IMG/VR virus record: IMGVR_UViG_3300027575_000006
Coordinates: 1-43,975 of that record
From: a virus
Lineage: Duplodnaviria; Caudoviricetes
Direction: 5' to 3' (one strand)
DNA length: 43,975 bases
A program made the position numbers and the translations under genes. The notes beneath the pieces were generated by a model that worked only from the letters and a program-made list of their open reading frames with translations, was not told where the DNA came from and searched no databases. Within the stretch, counting starts at the first letter, position 1, and every line of letters begins with the position of its first letter. Below, piece after piece: positions 35,325 to 43,975 of the stretch.

Positions 35325-36537
35325 TAAGTTGACCGACGCCGAGTTGGTGGAGCGCTTAAAGGTCATAGCCGACTCCGAGGACATGACAGACGCTGCCTTT
35401 AAGCTGGGTATCAAACCTAGCGCCCTGCGCACTAGCATCGCTGATGCAAAGGCCCGTAGGCTCACACCCGCCTCTGTGGTCTCTTCGGAAGAGGACAAGC
35501 TTCTCTCCAGGGTAACACTCCTCACCGCCGAGGTGGCCCGCATCAAGCGTGACAACGACACGGCCGAGTCCATACGTCGCCAGATATTCGAGTTGTCTGA
35601 GCGCAGCCCAGAGCCACCGGAGTGGATTGATAAGGTCGGTAAGCCTGGCACACGTGGTGCACCTATGACCCTCTGGTCAGACTGGCACTGGGGTGAGACC
35701 GTGTTAGAGGACCAGGTTGGGGGTGTTAACAAGTTCAACAAGGAAGTAGCTGAGAGGCGTGTGAAGTGTCTTGTAGACACCACTATAGACCTCGCCCATA
35801 ATCACATGGGGCGGCCCAATGTGAAGTACCCTGGCGTGGTGATCTGTTTGGGGGGCGACATGATGACAGGAGCCATCCATGACGAACTTCGAGAGACAAA
35901 TTGGTCAACTCCCCAGCAGTCAGTTAACGAACTGACCGATGCCCTCACTGGAGCCATTGATCACATGGCTGGTAAATTTGGGCGTGCTTTTGTCCCATGC
36001 GTTGTTGGTAACCACGGCCGTGATACGCTTAAACCCAGAAGTAAGGGAAGAGTTTTTACGTCACATGAATGGATTCTTTACTGCAACCTAGAGCGGTACT
36101 TCAGGAGGAGTAAGCATGTACAATTCTACATCCCCAGCGAGACAGATGCGCACTTCCGGGTCTTTGGCCATCGATATCTCCTCACCCACGGAGACTCCCT
36201 GGGCGTCAAGGGAGGCGATGGAATTATCGGTTCGCTTGGGCCTATTATGCGCGGAGCGCTCAAGATCGGTCGATCTGAAGCTCAGATTGGACGAGACTTT
36301 GATACACTTGTCATGGGCCACTGGCACCAGTACATGACACCTCCTGGTATTATAGTTAACGGAGCCCTGTGTGGCTATCAGGAGTACGGTCGGGTAGTCC
36401 TCAGAGCACGCTATGAGCGCCCCACTCAAGCGCTCTGGTTCACACACCCAGAGCACGGGATCACAGCCTCGTGGCCCGTGTACCTTGAACCCTTAGCAAC
36501 AAAGAGAGACCGGAACTGGGTCTCATGGGAGAAGTGA
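35317..36537 (+). CDS. Calcineurin-like metallophosphoesterase with N-terminal HTH/coiled coil
   Basis: SDWH, GGD, GNHGR, HGD, GHWH. Confidence 0.88.
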   Translation: MADKLTDAELVERLKVIADSEDMTDAAFKLGIKPSALRTSIADAKARRLTPASVVSSEEDKLLSRVTLLTAEVARIKRDNDTAESIRRQIFELSERSPEPPEWIDKVGKPGTRGAPMTLWSDWHWGETVLEDQVGGVNKFNKEVAERRVKCLVDTTIDLAHNHMGRPNVKYPGVVICLGGDMMTGAIHDELRETNWSTPQQSVNELTDALTGAIDHMAGKFGRAFVPCVVGNHGRDTLKPRSKGRVFTSHEWILYCNLERYFRRSKHVQFYIPSETDAHFRVFGHRYLLTHGDSLGVKGGDGIIGSLGPIMRGALKIGRSEAQIGRDFDTLVMGHWHQYMTPPGIIVNGALCGYQEYGRVVLRARYERPTQALWFTHPEHGITASWPVYLEPLATKRDRNWVSWEK

Positions 36538-36719
36538 TATGATGGGTGGGAGAAGTGATTGGATGGTAAGTTGTAGTGCCAATGAGTGGGCAGTAGCTAT
36601 CCTAACCTGTACGTTTGCAGTTATGCTGTTTACGATCACAGGAATCGTACTTCACTCCTATATAACATATATAAGGACAGGTAAATGAAGACAGTATATA
36701 ACCAATGGAGGATAGACCA

Positions 36720-37181
36720 ATGAAGACCGTATACCTAGCAGGACCAATCACCGACCGCTCATATTTGGAAGCTAATGACTGGCGAAATGATGTAGCTTGC
36801 AGGTTAGCAGACTGTGATATAAGAGGAATCAGCCCCCTGCGTTGCGAACCGATGATAGGAACTACCTATCAAATGAACTCTGTTGACCCGAAATTTGGGT
36901 CGGCGAAGGCAATAGCCAACAAGAACTTCTTCGATATATCAATGACGGATATGACATTATGTTATATGCCAAAGCAACTGGCATTCTCGAAGGGTACGTG
37001 TGTTGAGCTGGCCTGGGCCTTTGCTCTTCGTAAGCCCACCATCCTCGTGTGTGACGAGCCAGAGTGGGTGAAGCACCCATGCATCCAGGCATGCAGTGGG
37101 TGGGTTCTGGAGACGCTGGATGAAGCCGTAGACCTGATAGTGGGCATCCTCGGTGACTACCCCAAAGGAGCAGGACGATGA
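36720..37181 (+). CDS. Nucleoside 2-deoxyribosyltransferase-like / nucleotide N-glycosidase
   Basis: VYLAGPI...WR...SPLR...D...D...SKGT.VE..WA. Confidence 0.8.
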   Translation: MKTVYLAGPITDRSYLEANDWRNDVACRLADCDIRGISPLRCEPMIGTTYQMNSVDPKFGSAKAIANKNFFDISMTDMTLCYMPKQLAFSKGTCVELAWAFALRKPTILVCDEPEWVKHPCIQACSGWVLETLDEAVDLIVGILGDYPKGAGR

Positions 37182-37522
37182 GTGAGTGCAACATGTCTGG
37201 TGTCACCACCTGGAAGTACACATCACAGCATCTACCCGACGACAGTCAAGAGCGGAAAGGTATACCCATAGCTACTGGGGTGCTCGATTACTTCCCCGAC
37301 GCTCTGGCCGAAGTGGCGGTCATCTCTAAGGCTGGCAACGATAAGCACAATCCAGGTGAACCGCTGCACTGGGCACGAGACAAAAGTACGGATCACCCGG
37401 ATTGCCTGATCCGCCACTTCTTGGATCGGGGATCGCGCGGGAACGATGGGCTGCGCCACAGTGCTCAGATGGCTTGGCGCGCCCTCGCCATTCTTCAACT
37501 AGAGATCGAGGCCGAGCGTTAG
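37178..37522 (+). CDS. dATP/dGTP diphosphohydrolase domain protein (DUF5664-like)
   Basis: YFPDAL.EVA.IS..GNDKH.....W......DCLIRH...H.A..AWRALA.LQ. Confidence 0.8.
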   Translation: MSECNMSGVTTWKYTSQHLPDDSQERKGIPIATGVLDYFPDALAEVAVISKAGNDKHNPGEPLHWARDKSTDHPDCLIRHFLDRGSRGNDGLRHSAQMAWRALAILQLEIEAER

Positions 37523-37737
37523 TCAGTCTGAGTCTTTGGGTACTCGATCGAGCACGCAAATATCACCTCGCCACCATCTTTCAACTGGGGATCGTTGGCG
37601 AGGTTTGCCTGGAATGCCTCTGAGACTTCAGCCACATCTGTCAGGCACGCGGCCATTGATATCTCCGGAATGTCCATGAGTCTAGTGTGGTCTCCTCCTA
37701 CCAAGAGGAGGTGTACAGTCAGCCAATATTTAACCAT
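37519..37737 (-). CDS. Hypothetical protein, last gene of the late arm
   Basis: AAGGA SD; hydrophobic N-terminus, two Cys. Confidence 0.55.
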   Translation of the reverse strand: MVKYWLTVHLLLVGGDHTRLMDIPEISMAACLTDVAEVSEAFQANLANDPQLKDGGEVIFACSIEYPKTQTD

Positions 37738-37942
37738 GAGTGAGTTCCTTTCCTGCCCGCTGCTTCTCCTGTATTTTCCCCTCGGTTATCCCTTCCAAAT
37801 GTGTTAGGTGCAGTAGCTGATCGAGGCGAGAGTTGACCGAGAGATGCAACTCCTGGATTTTATGATTGTTTAAGCCGGCAACTATCACGGCGCTTAAGCT
37901 TGCCATCGCCGTTACAATCTGCGCTACTTCTCCTACTGTCAT
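37730..37942 (-). CDS. Small single-TM protein in the lysis cassette
   Basis: TM then IQELHLSVNSRLDQLL. Confidence 0.6.
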   Translation of the reverse strand: MTVGEVAQIVTAMASLSAVIVAGLNNHKIQELHLSVNSRLDQLLHLTHLEGITEGKIQEKQRAGKELTHG

Positions 37943-38271
37943 CGTCCGTTTCCATTTTTGATGAGTCCCTCACCGTGCCGAAGCTCGTCAATGTGCTTCT
38001 CCACGATCGTGAGGTGAGCTTCGATACTGGCCATGCGTTCTGCTTGGCCATCAAGCCTGGTATTCTGCACAGCCTGTTTGATGACTACCTCGCCAAGAGA
38101 TAGGATGTTGCTGCGGAGGGCGCTGATCTCGTTCCCGTGCTGAGTGATCAGTAGTTCGAAGCGTTCAGTCATGCGGCCCATTTTATAGATTAGGTACAGG
38201 CCGCCACCGAACGTCGAGAGGAGTGTAACGCCTCTTGCAATCAGGTCTACGTCCAGTTCGATGGCGGCCAT
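37939..38271 (-). CDS. TM plus coiled-coil protein in the lysis cassette
   Basis: N-terminal TM, heptad-rich C-terminus. Confidence 0.6.
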   Translation of the reverse strand: MAAIELDVDLIARGVTLLSTFGGGLYLIYKMGRMTERFELLITQHGNEISALRSNILSLGEVVIKQAVQNTRLDGQAERMASIEAHLTIVEKHIDELRHGEGLIKNGNGR

Positions 38272-38275
38272 GATA

Positions 38276-38611
38276 TCAAAGGCTCAGGGAGCCGAGACTG
38301 AGGCCGTTAGACGGCCCCATGGCAGTTTCTATGAGGCCTACTTGCGTCACCACTTCTTCTGCGGTGGTGGCGGCCTGAAGCTTGGGTAGGAGATTGGCTA
38401 CTGCCTGAGGGAGGTTGGGAATCTCCGCTAGCTTGGTAACCTCGTCCTTGACCACGGCCAGGTTGCCCGAGTTGGCCAGGACGGCGGTGAGAGCCGCGTG
38501 GATCGCCGAGGTGGGGCTATTGGCGGCCAGGGCCTGCACAGTACTGGTGAGGGTGGTGCCGGTAAGGCCGGCGCCCTTGAGGGCTGAGAAGATGCTGTTG
38601 AGGGTGCTCAT
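38276..38611 (-). CDS. Hypothetical Ala/Leu/Thr-rich protein
   Basis: AAGGA SD; operon packing. Confidence 0.6.
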   Translation of the reverse strand: MSTLNSIFSALKGAGLTGTTLTSTVQALAANSPTSAIHAALTAVLANSGNLAVVKDEVTKLAEIPNLPQAVANLLPKLQAATTAEEVVTQVGLIETAMGPSNGLSLGSLSL

Positions 38612-38778
38612 TTGGAATCCTTCTTGAGTTGTGTGTTGAGGTCAATAATCACCTGCCTGGCGACTGCGGCGTAGTCCTCCTCCGGCACCATTCCGGCGTA
38701 GAACGAGCTGATACCTTCGAGGGCCGCCTTGATAGAGGCCTCGACTACGGCGATATAGCTGGTAGGAAGGGCGGTCAC
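38608..38778 (-). CDS. Hypothetical protein (56 aa)
   Basis: GTG start overlapping holin stop, GGAGG SD, stop overlaps next ATG; below ORF-track cutoff. Confidence 0.55.
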   Translation of the reverse strand: MTALPTSYIAVVEASIKAALEGISSFYAGMVPEEDYAAVARQVIIDLNTQLKKDSK

Positions 38779-39035
38779 TTCACCACCTCCTTGGGGCCGG
38801 GAGGGCCTCCCACTACGACCTGTTGAGTGGCCGTGATGCGTCCATAGATCGCAAACAGGGCGCCGGCCCCACTGACGATCTGCATGATGACATCTGTGAT
38901 CGCAGAGATGTCGGCTGGAGTCACCGTGGCGTGGTAAATTGCACCTACGGCGGTGCCCGCGAAGGCCACAATGGCCCCCCAGACAGTCTTCGACTGGAGC
39001 ACTCCAATCGAGTTATAGAGGCTTAGATTTGCCAT
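38775..39035 (-). CDS. Putative holin (2 TM)
   Basis: SKTVWG.IVA...GAL.AIYGRI.A pattern; directly after endolysin; AAGGAG SD. Confidence 0.7.
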   Translation of the reverse strand: MANLSLYNSIGVLQSKTVWGAIVAFAGTAVGAIYHATVTPADISAITDVIMQIVSGAGALFAIYGRITATQQVVVGGPPGPKEVVK

Positions 39036-39036
39036 G

Positions 39037-39624
39037 TTAACTCCTTGGTTTGAGTTCGAACTTGATAGTATCATCTAGGGCCATGAGGCGCATGATGATG
39101 GCAGCGCATCCTACCTGGGTGTCCCATACCTTGGGGTTGTAAATCCCGTCAGAGACGTATTTACCCCACTCTTCTTGGTCCGTAGCACCCCAGACGTAGG
39201 GGGAAGCCTCATGGTGGTAGTCTTCGTACCCTGTACCATTATAGAGCACGAGGATTGTCAAGGTTCCGGCTGCCGTCCAGTCCTTCCAATTACCTGCGCC
39301 GGGGGCGCACCGAACCAGGGCATCGAATGCACAGGCACGGAAGGACGTGAAGGGGCCTCGGCCGCGGGGCACATGGGTTGACACCTTGTCCCAGGGATCA
39401 CCTTGGGCGAGGCTCTTAGTCAAGTCTAGGGAGGCCTCGCGGTAGTGGATAACTCCCACCACCCACCATGGAACTTTGGTGTCGGTCTCGACTCCTTGGT
39501 ACACGGCCTTGTTCTTCAAAATTCCTTCTGCTATCGCCGAAACCTCGGCTTCCCGCTTGGGGTCTATGTGAGCTACAAGCCACCGAGCCCCGTAAGATTG
39601 CAGCAATCGGGGGATGTTCGCTAT
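39037..39624 (-). CDS. Endolysin, lysozyme family (COG5526-like); probable ATA start
   Basis: IHYREAS, LAQGDP, HVP.GRGPF, YNG.GY, SPYVW, GKYV.DG, DTQ.GCA; strong SD precedes ATA at 39624. Confidence 0.85.
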   Translation of the reverse strand: MANIPRLLQSYGARWLVAHIDPKREAEVSAIAEGILKNKAVYQGVETDTKVPWWVVGVIHYREASLDLTKSLAQGDPWDKVSTHVPRGRGPFTSFRACAFDALVRCAPGAGNWKDWTAAGTLTILVLYNGTGYEDYHHEASPYVWGATDQEEWGKYVSDGIYNPKVWDTQVGCAAIIMRLMALDDTIKFELKPRS

Positions 39625-39661
39625 TTTCTCCTCCTCTTTCTGGGTGAGGACCTAATATAGG

Positions 39662-41404
39662 TCAGTGGATCACCTTTGTGTAGGTGGGCGCTGTAGTTAG
39701 CCACGTCACCACCACGCACTGGTTCGCGCTCAGCTCCACGGCTTGGTACATGTTTGCATAACCTAAGGCTCCAACCTCTATGCCGCCTATGCTGAGGGCA
39801 GCGGTGTTGGTCGCGCTCTGGTTGTAGTAGTGGGTCTCGTGAGTGGAGCCGGCGCAGATCGTAGCCGGCGAGGTGCCTACGGTTGTAGGCCCAGAAGTGC
39901 CCACCGGATTGTAGCCCGCGATGTCCTCAATCACGTTTCCTGCTGGTGACGCGGGGAGGTAAGTCACAGTGCCGCCGTTCGTAGCCCAGGTGCCGTTCTT
40001 GACTGTCAATTGTGCGACATTGCTGTCCACGAACAGGGCCGATGACGTGTTTCCATCGGCGATGAAGTTCGTGACTTGGACCCCTACTATCGACTCTGAG
40101 GGAGTGACGAAAGCAAGGGCAATTCCTCCGTTCCCTACTGCATCTAGGTTCGTAATGTTAATGCGGACGGTGTCTCCACCGAATCCTGTATTGCTGCCTA
40201 CTAGCATTCCGTCTCCGGTCATATTGGACAGATACAAGTTGGAGAAGTTAAGGTCTGCACAGCCATTGCATGAAATACCGTTGGCACCGGAGGGTGCCCT
40301 GGCGTTACCTTTGTTGCCAAAGCCGAATACATTGGAAATGTTTCCGAGGCTCACATTGTCTAGGATCAACTCGTTTCCTAATGCACCCGAGGCCTCTATC
40401 CAGTTTAGCTCTACATCACTCACGTTGAGAAAGATTACCCCATCTCCCTGAGTGCTATCTATGAGGACACGGTCCAGCCACACTGCCAGACCATTCTCCA
40501 TGTAGAGGGAGACGTGGCTGCTGTTGTAGGGGCAGTTGACGCCTCCGGAGCCACATACGGGGTCTCCTACTGTGGGTCCTTGGACAGTGACACGGTGCAG
40601 TTCGACACCCGCAAATACATTGAATAGAATGTCTATCCAGGAAGGGGGTGAGGCGTTGCCGGTCTCGTCGATCAGCACATTATCAAACCACATGAACCCT
40701 TCGCTATTGGTGAAGCTGATCTGGGTTCCTAGAGTCTGAATACATTGGAGGTCTTGGACGGTCAACTCCAGCACCCCATAAGTCATCGATCCCTCGTCGC
40801 CGAGGCAGGTGTAGGCATTGGTGCACATGTCGTGCTCCATGCGCACGCCCTGTACACTAAAGCTGGTGGTTCCGAATCTGAACACAGTAGACCCCGCCGA
40901 GGCTCCGGTGGTATCAACATGCACGCCAGCTATGATGGCTGGGCCTACTGTACTGGCCTGGGCGATGATTCGGAAAACGAACTGGTTGCTACTGGGCTGA
41001 GCATACAGTGTTACCATGTTGGGATTGAGGATACATTGGGTGGTATTGATCACCAGGACATTGGACGGAATGCTGTATCCATTCACATTGTATGGGAACC
41101 GAACGCACTGGCCCGTGGCTATAGCACTCACCAGGGGTGCCGAATTTTCTGCTGCAAGGGTAGCACTGTATGCCGCTGAAGTGTTAGGCACAACACCATA
41201 AGTTGTAACGTCTAGAGTCGTACCTGGCACGTTGAGATTCTGATAAAGGTTAGAAAGAGGAATGGCCTCTGCTGGCCCAGAAGTAATTCCTAAGCGTCCC
41301 ATAATAGTGTTGGGTGGCATAGTCTGGGGGAAAACAGGCGGTGTCTGGGCGAGGACCGGAGCACAGAGTCCCAGCCAGAAGAGAAAGAGAATGATCTTAT
41401 TCAC
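39662..41404 (-). CDS. Tailspike-like beta-helix protein with N-terminal signal peptide
   Basis: LDVTTYGV...N...L..AI cap and beta-helix repeats; MNKIILFLFWLGLCAPVLA|Q; GTG start with AGGAG SD; sits in the T7 gp17 position. Confidence 0.75.
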   Translation of the reverse strand: MNKIILFLFWLGLCAPVLAQTPPVFPQTMPPNTIMGRLGITSGPAEAIPLSNLYQNLNVPGTTLDVTTYGVVPNTSAAYSATLAAENSAPLVSAIATGQCVRFPYNVNGYSIPSNVLVINTTQCILNPNMVTLYAQPSSNQFVFRIIAQASTVGPAIIAGVHVDTTGASAGSTVFRFGTTSFSVQGVRMEHDMCTNAYTCLGDEGSMTYGVLELTVQDLQCIQTLGTQISFTNSEGFMWFDNVLIDETGNASPPSWIDILFNVFAGVELHRVTVQGPTVGDPVCGSGGVNCPYNSSHVSLYMENGLAVWLDRVLIDSTQGDGVIFLNVSDVELNWIEASGALGNELILDNVSLGNISNVFGFGNKGNARAPSGANGISCNGCADLNFSNLYLSNMTGDGMLVGSNTGFGGDTVRINITNLDAVGNGGIALAFVTPSESIVGVQVTNFIADGNTSSALFVDSNVAQLTVKNGTWATNGGTVTYLPASPAGNVIEDIAGYNPVGTSGPTTVGTSPATICAGSTHETHYYNQSATNTAALSIGGIEVGALGYANMYQAVELSANQCVVVTWLTTAPTYTKVIH

Positions 41405-43975
41405 GGGGTAAGTCTCCTTGCAGTTTTGTGGGTTTATTCCCAGTAATCTGATTATACCGATTTTCGACTCCTTGCTGTACTAGTTGAGGATAAGCCAGGA
41501 GCAGAGTATCGGCCGCGGTCTTGCGGGTGGTCTCCATAATGCGTTGGAACACCATTTGCCTGGTATATACAGGTAGCTCGGTCCATCCTGGTTGCTGCAC
41601 CGCAGCCTCAAGCATAGTCTTCAGATATGACCCAGCTAAAACCTGATACTTGTCGTAGAACATTGGCGGAAGTTTCACGACGGTGCCTATGTTCGGAACC
41701 GATATCTCGTCCCTTGGAGGAGCCGGCCGGATTCCTAAGGTGGCGAACTCACGCACCACCGGATCAGTGTTGACTTGGCGCTCTCGTAGCATGGTTCCGT
41801 AAGCGGGATTGGCAATTGGTTCACCTGCCCAGTCTCTGACTGGTAATAGAGTTTCACGCCCAAAGCCATAAAATTTCCCTGGCAACTGATACTTGAGCCC
41901 ATCTACAAACGTCTTTGCTATCCTCATGTTAGGGTCCATGGCAGCCGCCGTTTGACTTACGGCTGAGGAGAACGGCTTGAAACTGCCGACGGTTCCTGAC
42001 AAATAACCAGCCCCTCGTCTGTTGGAGTCATTCAGAGCTTCCACTACCCTGCTGATGCTCTCGAAGCCCAGTTCATTCAGCATGAGTTGACTGGCAGCCC
42101 TCACCATGTGTTCGGCGGCCTTAGTATAGTCTTCATCTCTGACTTCTGGCGCAATCTCTCCTAAGGTGGCGCCTATCCCCATGATGTCGCCAACGGGGCC
42201 AAACTGGTGGTAACTCGTCCACCAGTCCCCGCTCCTCATGGACCACGGCTGATTGCCTTGCTCAATCCATATAGCTTTATCCTTGGGATCATGGGGGCCT
42301 GGACCAGTCATTCTACCATTCAGAGTTTCGCTGACTACCCAAGCTGCTAGGGCACTGCCGGCCACTACATGGGCAATAGCAGTGTCCTGAGCAATGGAGC
42401 CAATTTTAGACATGCTTCCATCGGGATTCCTCTCGACATTCCCCAACAATGCTTCTCGCGCTTCACTAGACAGAGGAGCCAACAGGGAATTCTCGATCCC
42501 TCGCTTGAGTAGGTTGGCCGAGACATGAGTGAAGGGCAGTATCCATCTCAGCGGAGTATTCTGAATAGCTGCTGAGAGCTGAGCGCCTTTAGGACCGAGG
42601 CGACTCATAAATGTAATATCGGACCCGAAGTCAAAGGACTCTTGACGCACTTCCGGTGTTGGGTTGGAGGCGTGCCATTCCCGTCGAGGCCAGAAAGCTG
42701 CATCGGCCAAACCAATACCCTCGTCGAGCGTCGAACGCCACGCCCTAGCCTCTAAGTTGGCGCGGTAACCTAAGAAGCGAAAGGTGGTATGGATCGCATT
42801 GGCCATATCTCCTGGTGCTCCAAGGATACGCCCTGGCACTGTCCTGGGTGCTATTCGCCCACCACCAAACGGATTAGTTGCTGTAACTATTGCCTCTCCG
42901 GGTAAGGGAACTCTCTGACCTGATACAATAGCACGTGCGGCTCCAGCAATGGCCTGCGGGAAGCCGGCTACTATCCCATATGTGCGTGCTGCTACCTCAC
43001 TGGCATAAACTCTGTCTACATCACGTCCAGCCAATTGCTTCACCTTACCGAGAGTCGCCGCGATGGGAGGTATTACGGTGTTCTCATAAAGGCTATACAA
43101 TCCATTGGCTATGGCGTACTTCCCGTGTGTAATCCACCCTGAGATCAATACTTGCTGCCAATACCAGAACAGGTTGTCAAAGAAACCTTTAGTGCGACTG
43201 GCATGAAGCAGCGAGGCAACTGTACTCCTCGGCATGCTGCGAATAGTACGCGCGATAGTCCGGAGGTCCTCTGGCGAGCGCCCATACTCACTAAGAAAGG
43301 TGGTGAGCCCCTCAGCGTCCTTTACATCATTCATGAACTCTTGGATTGTGTTGCCGGTGCGACCCCACTCTGCTCTCAGACCAACGACCTGCTCCACGGC
43401 CAGGTCTCGGCGCATGACAGCCGCCTGAAATTTGATCAGGTTCTCGGGAGTATCGGCCGTTGCAAGCTCGACAGCGAGATCGTGAACGCTGTCGGTCGTC
43501 TCAAGCATAAGACGAAGAGCGACTCGCACCTCATCATCGTTCCGCAGAAGGCGCCCCAGACCGCGCGGATTAACAGACGCTGAGGGGACTCCGGCAGCCT
43601 CGGCTACCGCCTCGACTTGAGACAGAGGAATGTCACCCTGCCGAGCCGCCGGGAATGCATCATTAGTTCGAGCTGCCTCACGCAGGAGATTCCGCACATC
43701 ATTCGAAGTTCTTAATCTCTCAACGAAGGAGTCGAACCTGGCCCACCAACCATCAGGGTCTGGCACACCCCCGGCAGGTAATCCCTCACGCCCTGAGGTT
43801 CGGCCTTCTCCTGAGGGATGTTCACTGGGTGGTACGATACTGGATGATATAGTCTCTGGAGTTCCCTCATCGATCGAGGGACGTTCAGGGCCAATAACTC
43901 CCAGGTCAGTAGCAACTGGTACATTCACATGGTCTGCCGTACCACCTTCTATCCGGGGGCTAGTAGCCGCCTCCA
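41397..43975 (-). CDS. Large ejection / internal virion protein, C-terminal part (fused ORF about 1391 aa)
   Basis: Open frame from 43975 to 41397, in phase with 1597->1; G.MTGPGP.D....W...G.QPWS motif of gp16-like proteins. Confidence 0.85.
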   Translation of the reverse strand, partial: EAATSPRIEGGTADHVNVPVATDLGVIGPERPSIDEGTPETISSSIVPPSEHPSGEGRTSGREGLPAGGVPDPDGWWARFDSFVERLRTSNDVRNLLREAARTNDAFPAARQGDIPLSQVEAVAEAAGVPSASVNPRGLGRLLRNDDEVRVALRLMLETTDSVHDLAVELATADTPENLIKFQAAVMRRDLAVEQVVGLRAEWGRTGNTIQEFMNDVKDAEGLTTFLSEYGRSPEDLRTIARTIRSMPRSTVASLLHASRTKGFFDNLFWYWQQVLISGWITHGKYAIANGLYSLYENTVIPPIAATLGKVKQLAGRDVDRVYASEVAARTYGIVAGFPQAIAGAARAIVSGQRVPLPGEAIVTATNPFGGGRIAPRTVPGRILGAPGDMANAIHTTFRFLGYRANLEARAWRSTLDEGIGLADAAFWPRREWHASNPTPEVRQESFDFGSDITFMSRLGPKGAQLSAAIQNTPLRWILPFTHVSANLLKRGIENSLLAPLSSEAREALLGNVERNPDGSMSKIGSIAQDTAIAHVVAGSALAAWVVSETLNGRMTGPGPHDPKDKAIWIEQGNQPWSMRSGDWWTSYHQFGPVGDIMGIGATLGEIAPEVRDEDYTKAAEHMVRAASQLMLNELGFESISRVVEALNDSNRRGAGYLSGTVGSFKPFSSAVSQTAAAMDPNMRIAKTFVDGLKYQLPGKFYGFGRETLLPVRDWAGEPIANPAYGTMLRERQVNTDPVVREFATLGIRPAPPRDEISVPNIGTVVKLPPMFYDKYQVLAGSYLKTMLEAAVQQPGWTELPVYTRQMVFQRIMETTRKTAADTLLLAYPQLVQQGVENRYNQITGNKPTKLQGDLPRE

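Noticed and set aside
37178-37522. Z-genome (2-aminoadenine) pathway
   Set aside because: No PurZ-like ORF in this apparently complete genome

Overview
The window appears to be a complete, circularly permuted ~44-kb podovirus genome. A minus-strand ORF starting at 1597 runs off position 1 and continues in frame at 43975 down to 41397. The late arm (minus strand, 19630->1 then 43975->37519) encodes TerS, TerL, portal, Bbp19-like protein, scaffold, capsid, head accessory proteins, a fibre, tail tubular A/B, three ejection proteins, a tailspike and a lysis cassette. The early arm (+, ~20070-26370) holds small genes built from repeated promoter/hairpin/leader units. The replication module has a primase-helicase (-), then on + an SNF2-type helicase, DUF2800 nuclease, DUF2815 SSB, PolA, resolvase, metallophosphoesterase, NDT-like protein and dATP/dGTP diphosphohydrolase. 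I saw no RNA polymerase, integrase, repressor, reverse transcriptase, CRISPR array or complete tRNA. Promoters of the form (C/G)TTGAC-N17/18-CTATAT point to an alphaproteobacterial host (inference). The most striking observation is that both fibre/tailspike genes and two neighbouring genes encode Sec-type signal peptides, each with Gln at +1, while the tail tubular proteins carry inserted carbohydrate-binding-like repeats. This suggests an exported, periplasm-folded receptor-binding module. Other leads are an FtsZ-tail mimic peptide, an AUA-started endolysin, several structured RNA candidates and a 45-Cys repeat protein. All family assignments come from motif recognition by eye, not database searches.
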